IMG/VR virus record: IMGVR_UViG_3300034105_004634
Reading direction: 5' to 3' (one strand)
From: an uncultured virus (IMG/VR IMGVR_UViG_3300034105_004634)
Lineage: Duplodnaviria; Heunggongvirae; Uroviricota; Caudoviricetes
DNA length: 64,000 nucleotides
This document shows positions 1-9,006 of the stretch, piece after piece (positions within the stretch are counted from its first letter, which is position 1; each line of letters begins with the position of its first letter). Below the pieces are notes generated by a model. It had not been told where the DNA came from. It saw only the letters and a list, made by a program, of their open reading frames with translations, and did no database searches. The translations under genes were made by a program, and so were the position numbers.

Positions 1-326
1 GCTATTCTACCAACAAGTTCCTTATTGGCACACTCCAGCTTTTTAATTTTTTCCTTCAGTTTCCCCTTGCTTTCCATCTCAGATTTCATGGAGACATATT
101 GATTATATTCTCTTCTCTGCTGATCAGATAAGGGAACTTGTTTTTCTTTCTTTTCTAATTCCCTCTCTAGTTTGGCTATTCTATCCTCAAGCTCGTGAAT
201 ATATGAATTATTTTGTCCCCTCTCAACAAGCATGGATCTTATTTTATTCAAAGCCCACATAACTGATTCATTCTCCGAATATGTTCTTCTTAATTTAACA
301 AGAACCGATTTATTAATCTTTTCCAT
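1..326 (-). CDS. Hypothetical coiled-coil protein (3' end runs off the window)
   Basis: ATG at 326, open to the window edge: MEKINKSVLVKLRRTYSENES...ELEDRIAKLERELEKKEK. Not in the ORF track because it has no stop in the window. Confidence 0.65.
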   Translation of the reverse strand, partial: MEKINKSVLVKLRRTYSENESVMWALNKIRSMLVERGQNNSYIHELEDRIAKLERELEKKEKQVPLSDQQRREYNQYVSMKSEMESKGKLKEKIKKLECANKELVGRI

Positions 327-328
327 AA

Positions 329-1537
329 TTAGTCGCTATCCTTAGATGAACCAAAACCAACTCCTTTTTGTCCCTTGCCTCTTGGTGTTTTCTTAAGATC
401 TCTAAGATGTTTAAGTGCATCATCATATTTATTATCTAATAAGAAAACAGAGATGAATAATTCCTTAAGGTGTGAGATTGACATGCCTTCAGTATCTTTA
501 ACCCATTGATTAAAGTCGATTTCGGCTTCACTACCGAGCTTATTTTTTAAATAAGACATTCTTACTTCCGCTGACGGAGGAGCTATATAATGTCTTCTAT
601 CGAATCGAGATGGACGGTTAGTGATTCTCTCAGCTAGCTTCTCTGGGTAGTTGGTTGTTGCTATATAAACAACATTCTCAATTTGTTTAATTCCATCAAG
701 AATATTGAGAAGCTGTGATGTAACATAGCTACCTTCCGCAGCTATACCATCTATATCCTCTATGATGACTATGATTGGCCTATCTGGTTCAATCTGCCTC
801 AATTTACCAATGATTTCCAGATAACCCCTAATTGTATCCTCGTCCTTAACATTTATTACTATACCTGATAGCTCCTTGATTATATGTTTCATGCAAAGCT
901 GAAGAATTCCGGATTTACCGCAGCCCGGGTCACCATAAAGAAGAACTCCTCTTTTGTGCATAAGTTTATACTTAGCGTATTCTTCCTTTTTATCCCAAAA
1001 GCTCTTCAGATCGGTTAATATAAGCTCTATCTCCTTTGTGGGTAATTCATAAAGCTCATCAGTATTAACATCCTGCTTCATAAGACCCCATTCACTGGCT
1101 CTGTTATTATAATGTGGTTCATAAAGGCCAGGAAGTAGAATTTTTTGAGTTTTTGGAGCAGCTATGTAACTACCATCACCAACTATATTCCATTGAGTAA
1201 AATCAGTTTTTCTTTTTGTCCCTTCCTCTTCTTCCAGTAGATCTGATATTGATCTTGGCGGATGATAATTGTCGTGCATATCTGTATAATTTTTAATTTT
1301 CTTAAGCGTCTGTATTATTCCTTCTGATCTTACTTTCTTCGACATACTCAATTTTTTTAATTCCCACGTGTACCAATGTCCTATCCATCTTTGATATCTG
1401 GGTTTTATATAAATCTCTTTACCGTTAATTCCCTTAATTGTTCCATAAAAAGGTCCAATTTTACCTTCTTTTATAAAACCAATAGTGTTGCCTACGATTT
1501 CTATTTTTTCTCCGACTTTATACTTTGGATCCGGCAT
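329..1537 (-). CDS. AAA+ ATPase
   Basis: Walker A RGVLLYGDPGCGKS, Walker B IIIEDID, sensor/Arg-finger ATTNYPEKL..RPSRFDR. Start moved to 1537 (TAATG overlap with the upstream stop); the track start is 1561. Confidence 0.9.
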   Translation of the reverse strand: MPDPKYKVGEKIEIVGNTIGFIKEGKIGPFYGTIKGINGKEIYIKPRYQRWIGHWYTWELKKLSMSKKVRSEGIIQTLKKIKNYTDMHDNYHPPRSISDLLEEEEGTKRKTDFTQWNIVGDGSYIAAPKTQKILLPGLYEPHYNNRASEWGLMKQDVNTDELYELPTKEIELILTDLKSFWDKKEEYAKYKLMHKRGVLLYGDPGCGKSGILQLCMKHIIKELSGIVINVKDEDTIRGYLEIIGKLRQIEPDRPIIVIIEDIDGIAAEGSYVTSQLLNILDGIKQIENVVYIATTNYPEKLAERITNRPSRFDRRHYIAPPSAEVRMSYLKNKLGSEAEIDFNQWVKDTEGMSISHLKELFISVFLLDNKYDDALKHLRDLKKTPRGKGQKGVGFGSSKDSD

Positions 1538-2355
1538 TATTTCTGTATTTGCTGAACCCAATGGGTCATTCTTTTATCCTTTGTTGTTTCTCTAATTACA
1601 GGAAATCCATTCTCGCATATTGCCCTACCATACACTCTGAAATAGAATGCAAAATTACCAGTATCCCCATCAATGTCCTTGTATGTGCTGATTGTCGCAC
1701 ACCTTCTGGCATATGAACTTCTAACAACATTCAGAGTTGCTTTATTTAATACAGAAAACTCAAGATTACTTAAAGAGCTAACCAAACGATGTGGGGAAAT
1801 TCCAGCTATATAGAGAACCTCAGCTTTTATATAATTTCCAATACCACCAATTAGGGATTGGTTCATGAGCACTTCAGGTAAGGTTTTATTTGGATATTTC
1901 ATTAATCTTTCTCTAAATAGAGAATCGGATATCTCATCACTTAAATGGTTCGGTCCAATTGTTTTTTTCTTTTTATTGGTCTCATTTATATCGTCGGTAA
2001 ATTTAAGAGTTCCAAAATTCCGAACATCTGTGAAAAAAACAGATTTAGTTTCGGTTTTAAATTCCACATGGCTATGTTTAACCTTGTCATTTCTCCATCC
2101 CCCACCCATTCCTAATGTGTTCCAAGCCCACCATTTTCTTCCGCTCCATCCAGTTAACTCAAAAATTATAAGTTTGCCCCGGAAGGAAATATCATCTACT
2201 ATCGCAGGAAGATCCTCTCTGAACCTGTCCAAGCCAACAGGATCACCATGCTTGGCATAGCGTCCGGAATGAATCGTAACTTCTTCTAATATTTCTTTGT
2301 CTATTGCTTGTTTAAGGGAATAAACCGTTCTTGCAACTTCTGGTAATTCTGGCAT
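1537..2355 (-). CDS. Fpg/Nei-family DNA glycosylase/AP lyase (zinc-less finger type)
   Basis: N-terminal PELPEV, DVRNFG, H2TH LMNQSLIGGIGNYIKAEVLY. C-terminal finger lacks four Cys (KRMTHWVQQIQ). Confidence 0.92.
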   Translation of the reverse strand: MPELPEVARTVYSLKQAIDKEILEEVTIHSGRYAKHGDPVGLDRFREDLPAIVDDISFRGKLIIFELTGWSGRKWWAWNTLGMGGGWRNDKVKHSHVEFKTETKSVFFTDVRNFGTLKFTDDINETNKKKKTIGPNHLSDEISDSLFRERLMKYPNKTLPEVLMNQSLIGGIGNYIKAEVLYIAGISPHRLVSSLSNLEFSVLNKATLNVVRSSYARRCATISTYKDIDGDTGNFAFYFRVYGRAICENGFPVIRETTKDKRMTHWVQQIQK

Positions 2356-2358
2356 ATG

Positions 2359-2730
2359 TTATTTTTTTATGTAATTAGCTTCCAAATATTCCCAAGTTGA
2401 TTGAACTGAGTAACAGATAGGCTCACCATTTTCATCGCTAGCTCCCCATTTTGGATCTTCCTCCTCTTTGATCTTTTTCATAACACCATCCACATTAGAG
2501 TATGTTGCAGATTTGCTCCAATCCTTCTCCCCGAAATCTGCATCAAAGCAAAACCAGTCAAACCATTCTGCTCCATCCTCACCATAGACCTCCCTGATGA
2601 GTAGGCTCACTATAGTTTCTAGATCATCACAGAAATTAACAAGATCTATATTAAGAGCATAGGCCTTGCTGTTTCTTTCGCCGTGACTTTTCATTCTTTT
2701 GATTATCTCCTCAAATTTAGAATATTCCAT
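2359..2730 (-). CDS. Hypothetical protein
   Basis: 123-aa ORF, tightly packed on the coding strand. Confidence 0.7.
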   Translation of the reverse strand: MEYSKFEEIIKRMKSHGERNSKAYALNIDLVNFCDDLETIVSLLIREVYGEDGAEWFDWFCFDADFGEKDWSKSATYSNVDGVMKKIKEEEDPKWGASDENGEPICYSVQSTWEYLEANYIKK

Positions 2731-2735
2731 TTATT

Positions 2736-3161
2736 TTATTTTTTACAGTATTCGCTTAATTCCTTCCATGTTGGGGTTTCCCCCTGATTAATAAACATCT
2801 CCCAACCTTTCTCGTATATGTGTCTCTGATTATTCAACCAATTTTTATCGCTGTAGTCAATATATCTTAGCTCTGGGTTTCCATCCTCATCAGTATGCAA
2901 ATATGCACTGTCAAATTTTGCACCATCAGTTATGAAATGATCACAACTGGATGACCCGGAAAGCCAAGGTTCCTTGTCCATAACCTCGACATATTTCTTT
3001 TTGGCATTAAACCAATCCTTCACAAAATCTCCAGAATCATATACAAATTTGTCCGAAGCGGTGTGTATATAAACACTTTCGTATCCAATCGGACACTCCA
3101 CTAATTGATCATTGTCATCGTGGTAATTTCCGCCATCGTAATTTATTCCTATTACTGCCAT
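2736..3161 (-). CDS. Hypothetical protein
   Basis: 141-aa ORF, tightly packed on the coding strand. Confidence 0.7.
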   Translation of the reverse strand: MAVIGINYDGGNYHDDNDQLVECPIGYESVYIHTASDKFVYDSGDFVKDWFNAKKKYVEVMDKEPWLSGSSSCDHFITDGAKFDSAYLHTDEDGNPELRYIDYSDKNWLNNQRHIYEKGWEMFINQGETPTWKELSEYCKK

Positions 3162-3170
3162 AGTTTAATT

Positions 3171-3488
3171 TTAGTTATATTTCCAATAGTATTTATATGC
3201 ACTCTTCGATCTGCCATTCAAGCACGAATTTAAGGATCCCTGAGATATATTTAAAGAATCAGTTGCCTCATTTACACTATTAAACCGCTTTATTACCAAG
3301 CCCGTTTTCATATCTATTTGAGAAATACTTACAGATTGGTTTATTTTAGACCATTCTCCCCTCGTTTGTGTGTGCATTGGTATATTATTTCCAACATATT
3401 CATGTTTCCAAATGAATCCAAATGCTGTATTTCTTTTATTTGTTATGCATGAATTTATATTATTTCTCCCATTATAAGACAATTTCAT
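3171..3488 (-). CDS. NUMOD1-type DNA-binding domain protein (probable homing-endonuclease remnant)
   Basis: Two NUMOD1-like units (INSCITNKRNTAFGFIWK; FNSVNEATDSLNISQGSLNSCLNGRSKSAYKYYWK) and no nuclease domain. Confidence 0.7.
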   Translation of the reverse strand: MKLSYNGRNNINSCITNKRNTAFGFIWKHEYVGNNIPMHTQTRGEWSKINQSVSISQIDMKTGLVIKRFNSVNEATDSLNISQGSLNSCLNGRSKSAYKYYWKYN

Positions 3489-4313
3489 TTATTTAATTAT
3501 AGTAAAATATTCAAATAATGACATATCAGAAAATGGAATTCTATTGTGGCTTCTACTTGTTTGCGCGTATTTTTGTTTGATCCCATCCACATACATAGTA
3601 AAGCGTCCATCATCCCCCATATAGAATTTGTCCCAACCTTTATTTGTAAATAGACGTTTAACGTCAAGTTGCTCTATTGCTAGATTATCGAAAGAGATCA
3701 CGCATTTACCAAGATATTTGGGCAAATGAATAAACCACCTTCTGATTTCTTTATCGACACTCTCGCTATGGAAATTTATACCAAAGCCAAAATGTTTATA
3801 ACCAAGTATAAGCACCTTACATTTACCAAAAGCTATGAGTTTTTCCATATCCTCCACCTTGTTTACACCTGCAATAATATGATAAACTATATTATCAGTT
3901 ATTTCCAATAGTGGTTTAATATAAGTGAAATTATTGCTAGTTATAGAAATACCAACACCCTTAACTAGCTCATCTTTAATTAGATAAACAAGCATGTCTT
4001 GGAATGTCTTAAGATGTCCCTGGTTTACCGTTATATTTGCAACGATTCCTCTTTCCTTGAGCGTTTGAAGAAATGGGATAAGATCAGGGTGATCCAAAGG
4101 ATTACCCCCACCGATTGCTAATTCCACACCAGCTGGCAGATCCTTTAAAGTTTCAAGAAGCACATCAAGATCACCATGTTTGCCATTTTTAGTTGAACTC
4201 TCATGACAATTATGAACTAAACAACCTGAGACATAATAATTATGATTGCCATTGATGGTTAGATCATGTACCTTTCCTTGGTACATTTGCTTCTTTATAC
4301 TTTTTATTTTCAT
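3489..4313 (-). CDS. Radical SAM enzyme, C-half: split-intein IntC (35 aa) + C-extein
   Basis: MKIKSIKK...VHDLTINGNHNYYVSGCLVHN (intein blocks F/G), then +1 Cys in CHESS. Followed by AIGGGNPLDHPD and NITVN of the radical SAM barrel. Confidence 0.92.
   Translation of the reverse strand: MKIKSIKKQMYQGKVHDLTINGNHNYYVSGCLVHNCHESSTKNGKHGDLDVLLETLKDLPAGVELAIGGGNPLDHPDLIPFLQTLKERGIVANITVNQGHLKTFQDMLVYLIKDELVKGVGISITSNNFTYIKPLLEITDNIVYHIIAGVNKVEDMEKLIAFGKCKVLILGYKHFGFGINFHSESVDKEIRRWFIHLPKYLGKCVISFDNLAIEQLDVKRLFTNKGWDKFYMGDDGRFTMYVDGIKQKYAQTSRSHNRIPFSDMSLFEYFTIIK
4209..4313 (-). mobile_element. Split intein IntC (radical SAM)
   Basis: Ends His-Asn immediately before Cys+1 (codon 4208-4206). Confidence 0.92.
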
Positions 4314-5166
4314 TTATTGCTTTTTTTGATGGTTTTCTTTGTTTATCTATTTTCCCGTGGCAAACTTCACACAGAACTAGACCTATTTGTTTATTATTAA
4401 TATGGTATTCAATAACACATTTACATAATTCCTGAAATTCCGGGGATGACTGGGAATATTCGGAGATTGGTTTATCTGCAAATTTAGATACTATATCAGT
4501 AAATTTTTCCAAATGGTGCACCTCCAAATTACCTTTAAATGAACAGGTTGTACATTTCCAATTTGCTTCAGAAAACATGGATACTCTCCAGCCTTGCAGA
4601 TTTGATCTTATGTATTTGTAATTGTCCCGGTTCCCCTTATATAGATGATGCTCGTTTCCCCTTTTATGAACCAATTCACCCGATGCTATTTTTGCTTTGC
4701 GTGTGGAAGAAGCTTTGGCAGAGGCCTCCTGATTTTTCATTGGATTATTTTCTTTCATTCTTTTGGAAATATTGTCAATTTTTTCCTGAGTTGTATAAAA
4801 TACACCATTTTTAGATTCAACTCTAATAAGATTTGGATCATTCGATCTAAGTTCTCTTCTTTTTTTGCTCCTTTCATTTAATGATAGCTCCCTATGTTTT
4901 TTTGAACAGTTGGTACATCGTTTGAATCTTTTTTTATCAGTAGCCTTTTTACCATACTTTATTGTTTCTTTTATTACTCCTTTGCAGTCTTTACATTCCA
5001 ATATATGATAATGTTTCTCCATACCAGCCAATTTTGATTTTCTGGTACATTCAGGAGAGCATGAAACCATTTTAGCTTTCCCAATGAATAGTTTACCACA
5101 AATTTTACATTTTATTTCTATAGTCCTTGAATTGTAATATTCTCTTGCCTTCTCTTGATTTGTCAT
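4264..5166 (-). CDS. Free-standing HNH homing endonuclease (Zn-finger and NUMOD3-like segments) between the split-intein halves
   Basis: CxxC repeats, ISKRMKENNPM segment, CTTC...LEVHH...VLCEVCH HNH core. Overlaps the IntC ORF by 50 nt in another frame. Confidence 0.85.
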   Translation of the reverse strand: MTNQEKAREYYNSRTIEIKCKICGKLFIGKAKMVSCSPECTRKSKLAGMEKHYHILECKDCKGVIKETIKYGKKATDKKRFKRCTNCSKKHRELSLNERSKKRRELRSNDPNLIRVESKNGVFYTTQEKIDNISKRMKENNPMKNQEASAKASSTRKAKIASGELVHKRGNEHHLYKGNRDNYKYIRSNLQGWRVSMFSEANWKCTTCSFKGNLEVHHLEKFTDIVSKFADKPISEYSQSSPEFQELCKCVIEYHINNKQIGLVLCEVCHGKIDKQRKPSKKAINENKKYKEANVPRKGT

Positions 5167-5211
5167 AATTGATACACTTTTATCTATATATCTATTATGA
5201 CTTAAAAGTGA

Positions 5212-5655
5212 CTATAAAAAATTACACAGGATGTCAATTACAGAAAGATCCATTGCTTTTATCCATCCCCTATTTTCTGTGAATATTTCGTGATTGTCTG
5301 TGCATTTTATGAATTCACCATTTTCAAGCTCTATTATTACTATTTCCTCATTTATTTCTCTTGTAAATAAATTACAAACTACTTTAATCTCATTCTCAAG
5401 ATTATCAAGATTTCTACTGTATACAGAATCACCTATATTTATTTCATCTATCCTTATATTTCCATTTGGTGTAAGAACCACAGAATCTGGTAAAAAACAA
5501 TAGGAACAACCCATATCACAATAGTCCGTGATCTTGATATCTATGCTCTCCGGATGAAGTACTAATGGTACACCCTCGTACTCACGGATCTTTGTACCAT
5601 CGCTCATAAGGGTAACAGTAGTGTTGCCGTTTTGGTATGTATTAATGGTTGTCAT
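5212..5655 (-). CDS. Radical SAM enzyme, N-half: N-extein (52 aa) + split-intein IntN (95 aa)
   Basis: PESIDIKITDYCDMGCSY, then CFLPDSVVLT (block A) and IKCTDNHEIFTENRGWIKAMDL (block B), then stop. Confidence 0.92.
   Translation of the reverse strand: MTTINTYQNGNTTVTLMSDGTKIREYEGVPLVLHPESIDIKITDYCDMGCSYCFLPDSVVLTPNGNIRIDEINIGDSVYSRNLDNLENEIKVVCNLFTREINEEIVIIELENGEFIKCTDNHEIFTENRGWIKAMDLSVIDILCNFL
5215..5499 (-). mobile_element. Split intein IntN (radical SAM)
   Basis: Cys1 codon TGT at 5499-5497; TxxH motif (TDNH). Confidence 0.92.
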
Positions 5656-6109
5656 TGTCTGTTTCTAGTATAGATTCTTTATTGAAAATAAACTGTCTAA
5701 GTGTTTCTTTGTCCTCGAAAACCCAATGATATGCATTACCAGAGGACGATTGGTGATCAATATAACCAAATGCATAGTATTGGTCGCCACTCTCATTAAA
5801 GATCACATCGTTACACCCGGTCTGTCCCTTAATCACTTCCTTAAACATTTCTTCAAATTCTGCTTCTCTTTCACCACAGTAATTTTTAATATAGGTAAGC
5901 ATATAACTTGCCTTTGTTGCTGAGTCATTATAGACTTCTTGTTCCCAACCAAATTGCCCAGGATTAACAACAACATTGTCATCCTCATTCATGAACATGA
6001 TATTGTCCATCAGTTCATCAGAATTTACCTCCGAAACCGAGATACTGTGTGTGCTTGAGCTGTTAGTTTCGAAAACAGCATTTCTAATTTTTTTCATTTT
6101 AGTGTGCAT
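5642..6109 (-). CDS. Conserved phage protein with FETNSSSTHS motif, adjacent to the radical SAM gene
   Basis: IRNAVFETNSSSTHSI at the N-terminus, GYIDHQS later; overlaps the radical SAM start. Confidence 0.75.
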   Translation of the reverse strand: MHTKMKKIRNAVFETNSSSTHSISVSEVNSDELMDNIMFMNEDDNVVVNPGQFGWEQEVYNDSATKASYMLTYIKNYCGEREAEFEEMFKEVIKGQTGCNDVIFNESGDQYYAFGYIDHQSSSGNAYHWVFEDKETLRQFIFNKESILETDNDNH

Positions 6110-6569
6110 AAATTGTTAAACCATAGCAGATCTCGATTTCTCCATACTGCTCTTTATAATAATTAATATATTTTTCATATTCTTTAGTGAATTCTTCAAC
6201 TATTGATTCATAATTGTTATTTTTACCGATGAAGTTTATACAATCAAGATCGTCAACATCCGCATCTATAACATACTTAGGATTTTTACCATTCAATAGA
6301 AACACCTGAAATTCCTCCCCGCCTCCATGGTAAGCAGGCTGCCAAAATTCATCCTCAGTATAACCAGCATCCTCGATGTATGCGGATGGATAATTTTTCT
6401 CTTTTCTAGTAAAAGTTTCGGTTTTAAATTCTTTCCCTGTATCGGGACAGAATTTAGTTTTCTTTGTCTTTCCTGTCTCCTGATCGACAAATTTGGTTTC
6501 GGTAATCGTTATCTCCTTTATTGGCACCTTTATAAAGACTCCCAGGTAAATTGAAGTATGTGTTCCCAT
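6099..6569 (-). CDS. Hypothetical protein
   Basis: 156-aa ORF directly downstream of a TAnnTTTG promoter-like site. Confidence 0.75.
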   Translation of the reverse strand: MGTHTSIYLGVFIKVPIKEITITETKFVDQETGKTKKTKFCPDTGKEFKTETFTRKEKNYPSAYIEDAGYTEDEFWQPAYHGGGEEFQVFLLNGKNPKYVIDADVDDLDCINFIGKNNNYESIVEEFTKEYEKYINYYKEQYGEIEICYGLTIYAH

Positions 6570-6585
6570 GATTTATTATTTTATG

Positions 6586-6593
6586 CAAATATA
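6586..6593 (-). promoter_or_regulatory. Bacteroidota-type sigma70 -7 element (TATATTTG)
   Basis: Matches TAnnTTTG about 17 nt upstream of ATG 6569. The same motif occurs at 18245, 26792 and 40410. Confidence 0.7.
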
Positions 6594-6641
6594 ATAAAAA
6601 TAATCGATATAAAAAAATAAATATATAAATAAAAAAGAATA

Positions 6642-6860
6642 ATGAAGCCAAGTCAGGAATATTTAGACATGATCGCAAAAAGACTGGAAGCTATGAATCC
6701 AGGTTTGGTAGGTGGTGTTAATGTTGGCGGTGAATGTATGGAGCCATTCAAAATGCCAAGTTTTATAGACCAGGTCGGTTTAAGCGCCATGGAATATCTA
6801 AAAAATAAAAAGGATCCAACTGATATACAACCAGATACTCTATTTCCTAATAGAAATTAA
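6642..6860 (+). CDS. Hypothetical protein
   Basis: 72-aa plus-strand ORF in a gap between minus-strand genes, preceded by an AATATATA element. Confidence 0.6.
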   Translation: MKPSQEYLDMIAKRLEAMNPGLVGGVNVGGECMEPFKMPSFIDQVGLSAMEYLKNKKDPTDIQPDTLFPNRN

Positions 6861-6985
6861 AATATAAGGGAATAAAGCCAACCAAATATGTTATATGCTG
6901 CAGTAAAGATAAGGGACCATGCTATTATGGCAGTCCAGTTTAAACATCTCATATTTTTCCACTGGCATTCAAATTTATTTTTCAT
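6857..6985 (-). CDS. Small membrane protein (42 aa)
   Basis: MKNKFECQWKNMRCLNWTAIIAWSLIFTAAYNIFGWLYSLIF; below the track length cutoff and fills the gap. Confidence 0.5.
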   Translation of the reverse strand: MKNKFECQWKNMRCLNWTAIIAWSLIFTAAYNIFGWLYSLIF

Positions 6986-6988
6986 AAT

Positions 6989-7288
6989 TTAATCGGTTAC
7001 GTATTTTAAATCATATTTTTTAGCCGCGGATTTAAAGTGATGTGCAACAAAGTCATCTATCGATTTCCAATCCTCCATCTCACTTGCTTTCTCCCACCAA
7101 AGACCTCTTATCTCATCAAGATCGTCCATGGCACGTGCAAATTCAAGCACTTCTGTTGTTGATTGTTTATTTCTATTTAGGACTTCCATTGTGTAGTTCC
7201 AAACATACATTGAAGCACTAAGATCTTCATCCATTGCTTCGCATTCTATTAATGTTTGTCCTTTAGTGTTTCTTAAAAAGTGTATCAT
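6989..7288 (-). CDS. Hypothetical protein
   Basis: 99-aa ORF, operon-like spacing. Confidence 0.7.
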   Translation of the reverse strand: MIHFLRNTKGQTLIECEAMDEDLSASMYVWNYTMEVLNRNKQSTTEVLEFARAMDDLDEIRGLWWEKASEMEDWKSIDDFVAHHFKSAAKKYDLKYVTD

Positions 7289-7296
7289 TGTTTAGT

Positions 7297-7611
7297 TTAT
7301 TTAGTTCTTATTGTTACCAATTCTATATTTTTTCTCATCCATTTCTCTGCATCCCTCTCAATCTGTTCCTCGCCGGTATAAATTAGCACAGTATCCATAT
7401 AGAATAGCATGCCTGTTGGTGCAGACATAGGTTTTACCTCAACCAGACCGGAAGCAATACCTTTTCCCGAACGCATCCGAACCGGCAGGGGTAACATGTT
7501 GAAATCAGATCTATCTTTCAAATCAGAAACTAATGTTCTGTTTAATATATCAGAGGGGTGTCCCCAGTGTCCGATTAGATCATTTTTCCATTTTTCCATG
7601 TCAATCTGCAT
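7297..7611 (-). CDS. Small protein containing a T4 gp23 (major capsid) Gol-region-like segment
   Basis: GIASGLVEVKPMSAPTGMLFYM resembles gp23 LIAFDICGVQPMNSPTGQVFAL (recalled sequence). Confidence 0.6.
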   Translation of the reverse strand: MQIDMEKWKNDLIGHWGHPSDILNRTLVSDLKDRSDFNMLPLPVRMRSGKGIASGLVEVKPMSAPTGMLFYMDTVLIYTGEEQIERDAEKWMRKNIELVTIRTK

Positions 7612-7618
7612 ACAAAAA

Positions 7619-8002
7619 TTATTTTACATTCTCATTAAAAGAATATTCAAAAACTAAACATTCAGTATTTAATGTTGATAAATCGGGATAAAAAGTGTCG
7701 CCTTCACTACTATTACTTATTCTTGATATATGGAGTTCAGTAAAAAGATGAGCATACTTTTCATAAGTCTTCTTACCCCCGATACACCAATCTATACCAT
7801 CAGTTATAATAACATCTCGTTCATCCACTATGACTGTTCTACCCGGTAAAGGAGGCATTTTCTGTGATGTGTTATGGCCAACCAGAAGAGTGCAACCTTC
7901 TGTCATTCTTTTAAAATGTTTCAGATCTTCTGAGCATCTCCACGGGAGTGAATCATTTAGACCTATGTAATCAAGTTCATTTACTGCTATTATTGCTTTC
8001 AT
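7619..8002 (-). CDS. frd: Dihydrofolate reductase (short form)
   Basis: AIIAVNELDYIGLNDSLPWRCSEDLKHFKRMT, PPLPGRTVIV, CIGGKKTY, GDTFYP. Confidence 0.9.
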   Translation of the reverse strand: MKAIIAVNELDYIGLNDSLPWRCSEDLKHFKRMTEGCTLLVGHNTSQKMPPLPGRTVIVDERDVIITDGIDWCIGGKKTYEKYAHLFTELHISRISNSSEGDTFYPDLSTLNTECLVFEYSFNENVK

Positions 8003-8009
8003 ATGGATT

Positions 8010-8255
8010 TTATTTTATTATTTTAAATATCGGTCCGGTCATTATAACATGTGACTCTAACCTCTTTATGGCCTTATCCCAATGTGGAACATCCAGATGC
8101 ATAGCCTCCTCGGTACATCCTCTCTCTGCAAAATCTCTAAATAGCTTAGCTAGCTCAACGGCTGCTATGTACTTATGTCGATTTTCTAATTTTCCAGAAT
8201 ATGGACAATCAGCAGAGCATCTTAATAGTAGATTTATTGTTTTCGTTAACGTCAT
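8010..8255 (-). CDS. Hypothetical protein
   Basis: 81-aa ORF on the coding strand. Confidence 0.55.
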   Translation of the reverse strand: MTLTKTINLLLRCSADCPYSGKLENRHKYIAAVELAKLFRDFAERGCTEEAMHLDVPHWDKAIKRLESHVIMTGPIFKIIK

Positions 8256-8317
8256 GTTTTAATATATTATTATTTTATTTTAAATATATACATTGTTTCA
8301 ATAAATTATGATAAATT

Positions 8318-9006
8318 ATGGATTATAAATTAATATATGACAGAATAATAGAGGGATCCATAAAGAGAGAAATTCTGGGATATTCTGAATTACATCACAT
8401 AGTACCCAAGTGCATCGGGGGAAATAACAATAAAGAAAATATAGCAAGATTAACAGCTAAAGAACATTTCGTTTGTCATCTCCTCCTTTGTGAGATCTAT
8501 CCAAATAACAAATCATTGAAATACGCAGCATTTGCAATGTGCAGATGGAATGGGGGTGAGGTTAAGAGAAAATCAATATCAGGAATAACCTATGAAAGGC
8601 TAAAGAAGGAAGCATCCGAGATAACAGCAAACCGAATGATTGGCAATTCAATATGGAAAGAGAGAAATCACTCTGAAGATTCGATAGAAAAAATAAAAAT
8701 AGCGAGAAAAAATCAGATATTTAGCAAAGAAACAAGGAAAAAATGTCAAAATCAGGAATGGGTAAACCCTCGGGAAGGCTAGGTAAAAAAAATTCAGCAG
8801 AGCATAACCAGAAAGCATCAGAATCGATAAGGAAAAATATAAATAAAATCAAATGGAATGCTAGAAAATGTTCAGTGCTTGGTGTTATTTATAATAGTGC
8901 ATCCGAAGCAGCAACTAGTATTAAGGAATCTGATTGTACACTCATGTATAGATTAAAATCTAATAATCAAAAATATTCTGAATATTTCTATATAGACATC
9001 CTCTAA
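8318..9006 (+). pseudogene. HNH/NUMOD3 homing endonuclease with an apparent 1-nt frameshift
   Basis: ORF 8318-8782 has ELHHIVPKCIGG..N...LTAKEHFVCH. The NUMOD3-like unit FSKETRKK|MSKSGMGK continues in ORF 8743-9006 if the A6 run at 8738-8743 were A7. Confidence 0.75.
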
